A DNA stretch of 55,921 nt from Vitrella brassicaformis CCMP3155 (lineage: Eukaryota > Protista > Chromerida): positions 1 through 55,921 of the forward strand of contig CDMY01000537.1 in assembly GCA_001179505.1 (NCBI GenBank). The letters run 5' to 3'. A model generated the notes under the pieces. The model did no database searches, was not told the origin of the DNA, and saw only the letters and a list, made by a program, of their open reading frames with translations. Position 1 is the stretch's first letter. Each line of letters starts with the position of its first letter. The position numbers and the translations under genes were made by a program. Shown one piece after another: positions 23,901 through 33,140 of this stretch.

Positions 23901-25617
23901 GCTTGACTTCGAAACGGACCTCCCAAGTGCCGTCGGGCAGTTATTTTCTCTCTCGGCAGATGACTGCACAGACCCACACACACACACACACACTCACGAT
24001 TGTGCGCCTCACAAGCCTGTGCACGCCATATGAGAGTTGGTTGGTACCTAGCGGCTGGTTGGGCTCCAGGGCGATGTTGTAGGTGGTCTGGAAATACTGG
24101 GCAATGGTCCACTCGCGGTCGGCTTTGTCTGTGAATGTGGTGCTCGGGCTCTGGCCAAAATCGATCTGGTCGACAGGGAGGACAGCAAAGCCGAATGAGG
24201 CTCAGGAATGCTCGCGGGCTGCTGTATCTCTGTTTCGTGGCATTAACCTCGTCAATGCGATAAAGCTTGCGATCACGATTGCCCGCCGGACCGCTCGCCT
24301 GTAGAATGAGTGGACATAGAAAAACGGCAGATGGACGCACCGACGATCTGCAGGCGGATCGGCTTACGTATGAGGTGATGATGCGTCGGCCCTGAAACTC
24401 CTCGTTGATCGCGGGCGCCAACCGGTCCATCGAGAGGTTCGAGTTGTTCTGTAGGGCCACGAACACACCAACACACCCAGCAATACACACGAAGTGTCGT
24501 CCCGTCGCTCCCCTTCCCACCTGTCTCTCTTTGAGGACGTCCAGCAGCGTCCGGTTGTGCAGAATGCGATGGGTGCAGTCCAGCTGCACACACGTGTCCA
24601 CACACGCATGCCGTCCTCTGTTCTGCCTACCCCCTGACCTGGCTAAAGTACCTGGATGTAGAGGGCCCCGCCCAGCTGGAGGGTAGAGGAGAAGAACCCA
24701 GGCAGCAACACATAGCCCCCGCCGACATTCAACACGCCCTCCCGCACATCCCGCGCAGCCGTGTCGGACACCATTTCGGTCATGAACGAGTGGCGGCCGA
24801 TCATCTGGAGCTGCACCATACACACAATACACACACGAGAACAGGGGAGGGTCAGAGTGCCAGTCGGTTGGGCCCTCGTGTGGGTGTGTATACGTGTGGG
24901 GTATGTGCTCACGTGCAGGGCGCCCATTGCGCGCTTCAAAGCTACGTTCAAGTATTGGGTCTCCTCCTGAGAGAGGCCTCGCGGATCGAAGTTGAGGGAC
25001 CGTTGGAATGCCAGCTGAATGACCTGGGGAGCTTCCTCCTGCGTGCAGAACACACCAATGCACCGAAATATGCCATACATCAGGTGTGCCTGTGATCAGC
25101 TTACATTGGCTCTTGGTAACTGAATGGTCACGTTTCTGTTCGTTGCCTCACGCACATAGACGTTCATGCCCTGGAACAGCAGCACGCTGCCGTCAGGGGC
25201 GCCCAAACGATTGAGAATCTACACAGTCCGCAGACAGAAAGACGCACGACAAATCGCGACCACTCCCATGCTGTTGCGTCCTTGCTTGCCCGCTCCCTCC
25301 CTCCCTCCCCGTCACCCCCCCTGCAGCCCACCTACCTCAGTAGCGTTCTGCTCGAGCATCCGTCGCTTCAGCCCCACCGAATCCACCTCAGGATCCCATA
25401 CGGCGCTGTACACCTGGATGCGGAAATCAGGCTCCAGGCTGACGCTGTACATGTTGGTTTCGGCGCCGATGGGCTGTTCACACACACAAACACAAAGGCA
25501 GAAGAGAAGATGCCCCTTGTCTGTTCGCGTGTGTGGATGTGTGGGATGTGTTGTGTGTTGCGCGTGCGTGTGTACCTGGCCCACAGTTCCGAAGCGAGGT
25601 CGCTGCACGAGAGCCAT
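20509..25617 (-). CDS. PIWI-clade Argonaute (N-PAZ-MID-PIWI), slicer residues degenerate, two frame lesions as assembled
   Basis: N-terminus MALVQRPRFGTVGQ; PAZ KLYRIDEIDFGQSPSTTF...YFQTTY; linker TGLDDGIRNNF; MID VYNAIKQ..TQCV..QINVKLGG; PIWI IVIYRSGVGEGQ, TLTPTKY, YQNWAGPIRVPAPFKYA; C-terminus RQLWFL*. About 25 exons traced by eye. Confidence 0.9.
20649..20948. other. Assembly gap (300 N) followed by a 29-nt G run, inside the last PIWI intron
   Basis: N run at 20649-20948 and G run at 20949-20977. The flanking exons join in frame (KYAET|CARKV). Confidence 0.95.
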
Positions 25618-25801
25618 GGTGAGGGGAAATGTGTCGTGCTTTCTTCCCTCTCTGCCCCTCGGCCTTTATTCCTACTACAGGGTCAGATCCTCGTGATTTG
25701 CCCGGGGCAAAGCACGATCGCCTGAACGTGAAGCGGGGCGAAGAACTACAAATCAGGCAGGCGGCAAACGGCAGGCCCCTGCCTCCTTCTTTTCCCCTTC
25801 C

Positions 25802-25826
25802 CGGCGGTTTCAGGGAGCACCCTAGG
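25802..25826. promoter_or_regulatory. Conserved inter-divergent element, copy C
   Basis: CGGCGGTTTCAGGGAGCACCCTAGG; 22/23 identical to copy B over the core; about 185 bp upstream of the PIWI ATG. Confidence 0.55.
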
Positions 25827-26329
25827 TGGCCTGACGGCCAAGTCCCCTGTCGGTCTGTCCAACATGAAACAGGCACCCTAACATGCAACCCGGACACGAA
25901 ACACGCAGCACGCAGAGGGCAGATGCAGCAGAGAGGAGGATATGCAATGCGCTGCGAACGACGGCCACATACGAGCAGGCACACAGCGTCGCACACACGC
26001 CACCCCAGCAGCAGCGTGAAGGCGGCGTGCGTGCGTGCGTCAGGCACCATGACTCCATACGTAGATACCGCCCATCCCCAGGTGGCCAGCCAGTGCAGAT
26101 CGCCCAGTCACACACAAACACGCCCTTATAACAACCACGCACGGAGTGCTGGGGGTGCATGAGAGCGCACCGCCGCCCTCTCCAGGGTGGAGAGGGGCGG
26201 CAGGTGGCCGACCCGCAGACACCCCCAGTGCACGCCCATACACATATCACCGCCGGGATAAGTAGGAGCGCGGCAAGACACACACAGACCACGCCCACAT
26301 CCACACGCACACCCCTACACACGCGCACA

Positions 26330-26361
<32 letters not shown>

Positions 26362-26531
26362 GCAGGAATACCAATACCTCACCCGCATACCCACGCCGAT
26401 AGCCACTTTTCCCCTTCCCCTCGTGCGAGCTGCACCTTGAAGACGCCTCAGATCTCGGCCCTGGACTATCCCCCGTCTCGCAGGAAAGTCGGCGCTTCAG
26501 CGGAGCTCTCGAGCCCTTGGGGCGGTTCTCT

Positions 26532-28908
26532 ATGGTGAAAAACTCCGCTCGAGAGCCTCGTCAAGGCAATGACCCTCATGATGACCCTTCGCCCCTTCAT
26601 TTGTGGCGCTTGCCGCTCGAGCTGCTGTCATGGATCCTCAGCTACCTCCAGGTCAGATCCGTGCTGGCCCTCAAGTGCGCCAACAAACCGCTCAGGAGCC
26701 TTCTCAGCCTGAGGGATGCGTTCGGGGCTGGCGTGTGTCTGATCGACGAAAGCGCCGTGCTATCTGGAAGATGGGCCCACGAGTATCTGCGGAAGGTACT
26801 CAGCGGATCGCGCAAATTGCTCGACCAGTTGGCGCACACTGGCAGCGTCATTGCCGCCATGGACGGCGACGAGGTCGACCGGCTCCTCGATCCCTCCAAG
26901 AAGACAGCCGCGGCCGGCGGAGCGAAGCAGGATACTGTTGCTGCGCCGATAAGCTCGTGTCTGCAGGCGGCACGAGACATGGGGCATCTTTTTTTGACGA
27001 TGTCCGACCGCCGGCAGCGCAGACAAAAGAAGGCCAAGAACGGGAAAAGAGTGCGTGATGGTGTCAAGGATGATGATGCCGACGATGGCCTTGGAGATTT
27101 GGATGAGACGCCGACCTTCATGGTGGACAGACGATTCCCCCATCTCAGACGATTCCGGCTAGAGGGAGACATTTCGACCTGTGCGGCCATTGGTGAGCTG
27201 AAGTGGCAGCTTCCTGTGCTGGAGAATTTTGCTTTTCGAGAAGTCAGTCAACAGTCAGCAGAAGGCCGCGAGATGGCCTTGAACATACCGCTTATCGTGG
27301 GTTTCGAGGCTGTGAGGGGATTCACCGGCTACCTCTCCAAATGCCGCGGTTTACGTGAGTTCAGCTTGCACACCGACTCTCCTGACAGCTGCGTGCCACT
27401 GGCCTGGCAGCTGCTTGAAGACCTTCCATCGCTAAAGACTCTGCAGCATGTCTCGGTCAGCCATGACGACGTTCCTGAACGGGCACATCGTGACAGAGGC
27501 ACTATCACGTCCGTTACAGAGTGCTGCGCCAGCCTCCTGCCCAACCTGGAGAGCCTCAGGATCACTCACGTAGACTTTGACGTCTCATTCGCGATCGCCC
27601 TGACATCCTTAGTCAAGACAGCAGCCTTCTCGTCGTTCCACTGCGACGTGCTGAGCTTCTACACGCCTTCCCTCAAGTGCGTCCCACCAACAGCGGCAGC
27701 AGGGAGATCGAGCCGGCCAGCGACAGTCGAGGAGCTCTCGTGGAGGGCGCTTGCTATTGCTGCAGAGACATGCAGAGACATCGTCTTGGCAGTCCACCAT
27801 CACCCACCAGCAAGAGAGACGCAGACATCGCATCCATGTGGCGAGAGGGAGAGGGACCAGCCCTGTCGCATCACCTTCAAGCGCGCCCAACGGGTCTTCG
27901 TCAACTTTGACACTTGCCGTTTGGAGGGAATGGACATTACGCCTGGACTTCCTGTCGTGAGCATGGATCTCCCGTACGTCTCAGAGCTGGCACTTACAGG
28001 CAAGAGACACGAGCGTCTATACACCTCCTGTTGCTCCCTGGTTGGCGGACTGTATTGTGTTGTCATGCATGGTTTCAGGCAGCACTGACGCTGTCGACAT
28101 GACGACCAACGTCCAGGAGAGTCTACCGCGCCTGCGCGAGCTGCTGGGCCGCCTGCCGACCCTTAAGCGCTTCTTCGGCTATGACGTCCTGCAGCAATGT
28201 CCATCGAACTCCCTAGCCATGCCGCCGCTTATCCCTAATCCGCAATTCCAAGTGCAGCTTCTCCGTGCGATCCCGTCAGCGCTTAACTGGTGCATCCTGT
28301 CGGGCGGCCGCTGGTCGCTTAGAGATGTCTTTGCGCTTTTGCTGCAGTCGGCCTTGTGGTGTCCACCAATCAAGACGCTTGCCGTGCACGCCAGGCCGTT
28401 TTTGTGGTGGGACCCGGCCACACCGCGATTGGTCAACCGTCTCATGGACACGCCGCTGTTTGCGGGTGTGGAGCGGCTGCTTCTGCTCGACTTGCCTGAG
28501 TGCCCTAAAAGAGACCCCAACCCCCTCGCCTGCCTAACCGACAGACACCCACGAAGAAGAGACGAAGAGAGTGAGACGGCAGCTGAAGCGGGGGACCGCC
28601 AGCGACCAAGCGAGCCATCTTCATCCTCAACCTCGTCAGCTGCAGCAGCAGCTAGTGGTGGTGATGTTAGTGGTGGTGATAGTGCTGACTGGACGCCCCT
28701 CCGGCGCGAGGGGCGAAGGGAGACGCCTTTAGCTCACATCGTCCGGACTGTGGTTGAGAGGGGATTCGACGTGACGCAAACCGCCGAAGGCGAGTTGTCT
28801 TCGCTTGCCGAGGTTTTTACCTTTGCAGCGATCGATGACCGCTATTTGCCCCAGGGCTGGCACACAAAGTCGATTGCATTGCAGTTCGTCAAGCGCAATC
28901 AGAGGTGA
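26532..28908 (+). CDS. F-box protein with an LRR-like body
   Basis: N-terminal F-box LWRLPLELLSWILSYLQVRSVLALKCANKPLR. LRR-like segments LPSLKTLQHVSV and LPNLESLRITH. Two long exons joined by a probable GC-AG intron (28000-28078). Confidence 0.7.
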
Positions 28909-29058
28909 GTCGAGCTTCATCGCAAGATGTACATTAATGAATCGGGTCTCTTGTTGGTCTGTTTGTCTTTATCGCATGCTGCAGTCAGTGATGGGACCAG
29001 AGAGGCTCTCGTGAATGAATGACGGGATTGCCGGTGCTCATCTCACACATTTCTCGCA

Positions 29059-31017
29059 TCAGCCCTCCTCCCCCTCCTCAAGAAACGCCTGCAAGGCGTC
29101 GGCCTTTTCTAGGACATTCTGCTCCTCCTTCTCAAATTCCCCCTCCCCCCTGGGCCCACCCCCAGACCCCATCTCGTCCTCACTCAGTGCATCAGCAATC
29201 GGCGCGAGCTCCTCCCTCGTGCGCGCCTGCTGCACACGATGCAGCAGCTCCTCGAGAGTGTTGTCGACGCGCGAAGTGTGGAAGCATGGCGGCAGCTTGC
29301 ATGACGGCTCGCTGCTGGCGAGGCGGTGCAAGGCCATGAAGAAGTGGAAGAGCCAGTTGGTGACACAGCCCTTGACCCACATCAGCTGGAAGTCGACAAC
29401 AACCATTGCAGCCGCCGCGCAGCGCTCCTCAGGCAGCTCCAACTCATGTGTCTCGCGACTCCGCTTGGTGCCCCTGGTGGCCCTGGTCTTGCCAGCTGAT
29501 TCGTCTGCTGTCGGACGGAGCTTGGAAGGCGGCCTGACGCTGCGCTTCGGGCGCCCGTCGGTGGCACCGGGAGTCGGGAGGTCGTCAGCCATGTCATCTT
29601 GCACTGAGTCAGGCTGATCTTCCATGTTATCGGGGTCTTGTGGCGGTGAGACGAGTGTGTGCGGGACACCCATGCCTCGCTGGTTGACCATGAGGAGGAA
29701 CCCAATGGCCGTGTCCTGCATGCACGGGGGGAGGGCAGAGTACACGCAGTGATGCATGGACGTGCACGTGTGTGACTGGTGCGTGAGACATGTGATCATG
29801 AACCGATTAATACCCACCCATGACTGCATGAGTGCCTCGATGGTGGGCTGCCTTCCTTCCCAGCAGCGAAAGTAGCGAAACTTCCTCTCGGTCCCTCTGT
29901 AGTAGGCGACCTGTTGAAACAAAGACAGAGACACAGCGTCCATCTGTGCCCTTCTCTCCCCTGTTAGCTGTTAGCTCACCGCGAAAGACTGGTTGTGTTT
30001 GTTCCAATACACGCGGTTCACGCCGGTCTGGCTCGTCCGCTTCACGCCGTTGGCCACGTCCCTCTTCTTCGAGCCTATGCCGGGGAACAGGTGGTGGGGG
30101 AAAGGGTAGCTCTCTCGCATCTCTTTCGTCGACTCCAGGTCTTCCAGCTGTACGAGAAAGAGGAGGACATGTGCCTAAGAGAAGGAGAGAGGCCTCCTCA
30201 GCACTGAGTCACTGACCTGCCCATGCGCGAATTCCCCGCTGTCCTGACCGTCATCTTCGAACAGCAGATCAGTCGAGGGGAAGTGGCTGCGAGTGGAGGC
30301 GAACTGCCCGTTCGGACGACGGTTGCCCATCTGTTTGTCTCGCGGGATGCTGCCGCCCTCCTGCCCATCCTGATACTGCAGCAGGAAGGTACGAGCCGCC
30401 TCACGAGCATTGAGCCATCCGTAACGCTACAGCATAGAGACGAGCAGAGGGTGGAGCTCTGCTGTGTGTGAGACCGTTCTGCGGTTTCTCACTTTTGACG
30501 AGAAGGTCTTCATCCGTCGCTTGTTCGTCTCAGGCTCCCGATAGTTGACCCGCCACTCCTGCATGACACTCACAGCACAGACATGGGAGCCGTCCGTGTC
30601 GGTCTTGTCTCTCTCTGATTTGACCTTCTTGGCATGGTGGAAGTAGCATCCAGCCGGCAGGTCAGCCAGACCATTACACATCCCGCTCTCCCCGTCGTGG
30701 CCCTGCGATGTGCCGTCTCCCTCTGCAGCAATGCCGGCAGCCCCATTCGTCATGATCTTCGTCTCGAGATCATGGCTGAAGTCCGAAGGGGGCAGAGCGG
30801 CGTTTGTTGGGACGCCGGCAGCAGCAGCGCCGAGCCCATTGCAGAGCCTTTGTGTGTGATGAGTGGCATCACTCCAGCCCGGCTGAGCCCTCCTGCCCTC
30901 GCATGAGGACTGCTCTCCGTTGCCGTGCGGTGCGTTGTTGACGAACGTTGCAGATTCGGCGGTGGAGAAGCGCGAGATGTGTATGTTTTGTCTGTCGTTC
31001 TGGGGAGGGTTCATCAT
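29059..31017 (-). CDS. ApiAP2-family transcription factor with two AP2 domains and a probable C-terminal ACDC domain
   Basis: AP2 domain 1: LPAGCYFHHAKK|EWRVNYREPETNKRRMKTFSSK|RYGWLNAREAARTF. AP2 domain 2: TGVNRVYWNKHNQSFA|VAYYRGTERKFRYF. Tail AMVVVDFQL...LLHRVQQARTREELAPIADAL resembles the AP2-coincident C-terminal domain. Confidence 0.8.
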
Positions 31018-31049
31018 GAGGGCTCCACCCCCATCAACCCTGGAAGCAA

Positions 31050-31085
31050 CAGCGGTTTCATGGAGCACCCTAGGCAGAAGGGTTT
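31050..31085. promoter_or_regulatory. Conserved inter-divergent element, copy B
   Basis: CAGCGGTTTCATGGAGCACCCTAGGCAGAAGGGTTT, in the roughly 113-bp gap between ATG 31017(-) and ATG 31131(+). Confidence 0.6.
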
Positions 31086-31130
31086 GCGAGCTAAGAAAAG
31101 CGGATCTCCTTACGAAGGAATAGGCAACCA

Positions 31131-31463
31131 ATGGAGCACCGCAAGTGGGTGGAGGTTCAGCAGAAGAGCAGGCTCCTTGAAAAATTCGTCTTGGTCCGTC
31201 CCTTCACGGTGTCGTACAAGGACAACACCAAGCTGTTCGACTTCACCGTGGCTGTGATCCAACACGCCAAGGCTCACGCAGCTCTCCCACACGTGGTCTT
31301 CGAGAGAAGCTACTGGACAATGCCGCCGGGGTTCAGGTATCTCGGCAGTGCGGAGCGCCTGTGGGTGGAGTCGCTGCAGCAGGGCATTATCCCCAACCCC
31401 CTCGTCAAGGACGTGTTTGGCAGGGAGGGGGGGACGCCTGAGCACCCCATCGTCGTCGAGTAG
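31131..31463 (+). CDS. Small orphan protein (110 aa as unspliced; may have further 3' exons)
   Basis: Strong C/G-ending codon bias across MEHRKWVEVQQ...HPIVVE*. Plus-strand splice signals follow at about 31558 and 31643-31719. Confidence 0.55.
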   Translation: MEHRKWVEVQQKSRLLEKFVLVRPFTVSYKDNTKLFDFTVAVIQHAKAHAALPHVVFERSYWTMPPGFRYLGSAERLWVESLQQGIIPNPLVKDVFGREGGTPEHPIVVE

Positions 31464-32646
31464 ATAGATGAGCCAAGTGAGGGAAGAGAGAGCGCCACTC
31501 ACGGTGTTTGTTGCAGTTACTCATTGGTGGCTGCTGTCTGGCCTCTGTGTGTGTGCAGATGTGGTGTTGGATGCCACTCGGTGGATTGGCAGCTTCTTCT
31601 CAGAACCCGTCAGACCACACTTCTCGCCAGATAGTAACAGAGGGTAAGCAACCAAACCCTTCACTCACCGGAAAGGGCGTGCACCCAGCTATCGCTTCCT
31701 GCCTGTGTTTGCTGATCCAGAGCATCGCCAAGTGTGTCTGATCCTTCTCCGTATGGCATCAGTCATCGTTCCAAGAGGGGCGGCGGCGAGGGATGATGAT
31801 GATTCGTGCGCGTGGCTTCATGACGTCCTTCTTTATCGCGTCGTGTGATCGCACATGCCAATTAGTAAGTGACCTGCAGCATGGGTGTCCCTTTTTCATG
31901 ACGGTCGATTTGGAGTAGCGGCCGCTGCTCCGAGTGTTCCGCTGCGTTGATGGAATAAGATGTCTTTCACGTCTCTCTCTGCACTCTGAGCAGTTGGCAT
32001 TTAGAGGGCTTGGCTGGGTCACTGGTTCACTGCTGTTGTGAGCTGAGCTGAGTACACGGGATCCGGTTTCCTCTTGATGTCACTCTTATCCTTGTCGAGC
32101 TGTTGGTTCCACAGACACGTACACGCACACGCCTACGCCTGACCCGTCACATCACATAGAGCCTTGACGAATGGATCAACCACACCAACACAGCCCGATC
32201 TGATCCGATAAATGCAACGCAACACTTACGCCAGCAGCGAAAAACATCGACGGTCGACTCACGCACACACAACCACCCACCCACCCACACAGACCCACAG
32301 AAACCTCACACCACTACCCTGCCCTGCCCCTCTCCCTCTCTCAGCCATACCGAGATCCCTCTCTTAAAACAGACAAATACACGTCGAAGATGCAGGACAT
32401 AATGAATTGTGACGTTCTCCTGAAGTCGTGAGCACAGCCTATTACAGCTTATGCACAGGCAGTCGCCAGCACCGAAGCAGCAGACGACGAAGCACCGAAT
32501 CACCGAACCAGCCCCACCTCCCCCGGCCTGCTGTGTCGCATCCGACTCCCAGATTCTTCACGAGACGTCAGAAGCCAGGCTCTTCAAAGTCACCCACCAT
32601 TGTCATCGTCGCCACCTCGAGCAGGCCCCGGCGATAGGCATAGTGG

Positions 32647-33084
32647 CTAAGTAGTTGGCATCCTCCCTCGGTTGCTGGCCCTTGGGTCAGGCTCGTCAAA
32701 ACCACCACCGTCGTCATCCACCGGCCCTGGAGCAGCCTGATCACAATCAGGATGGTCCGGCTGCTCATCACAGTTGACAGGTGGGGTTGTTGTTGTGGGC
32801 TCTGGCGTGGTGGGCTCTGGCTCGTCGAACTCGTCAAACCCAGGCCCCGCGTCGATAGGCCCGTCGTCGATATCGGTGTTGTCGACCTTTCTGGCAGTGG
32901 GGTCAGGGAAGAGAGCTGAACGGTAGCCGTCGTCTGATGCACCTTGCCAGTGTAGCTGCCCCAGGAACTCCTGCAGGCGCTGTACGATACCTGCCAGCTC
33001 GTGTTTGTCCGCCGGGGTCACTTGCTGCTCGCAGAGCACCCCATTGAAGACCAGCAAGAGAGGAATGACGAGGAAAGGAGTCAT
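32647..33084 (-). CDS. Small secreted acidic, Pro/Thr-rich protein (145 aa)
   Basis: Signal peptide MTPFLVIPLLLVFNGVLC; single exon; EPTTPEPTTTTPP; NCDEQPDHPDC; repeated GP(I/V)D..GF(D)E motif. Confidence 0.75.
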   Translation of the reverse strand: MTPFLVIPLLLVFNGVLCEQQVTPADKHELAGIVQRLQEFLGQLHWQGASDDGYRSALFPDPTARKVDNTDIDDGPIDAGPGFDEFDEPEPTTPEPTTTTPPVNCDEQPDHPDCDQAAPGPVDDDGGGFDEPDPRASNRGRMPTT

Positions 33085-33140
33085 CTTCGGTCCGGGCGGT
33101 TCCGTTTACATACAGTACAAAGTACAAAAACCGTTGCAAG

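Noticed and set aside
23941-23943. Ciliate-type reassignment of TAA to Gln
   Set aside because: Only one internal TAA was found across many traced exons, and TAA terminates the ARF-like gene, so the standard code fits.
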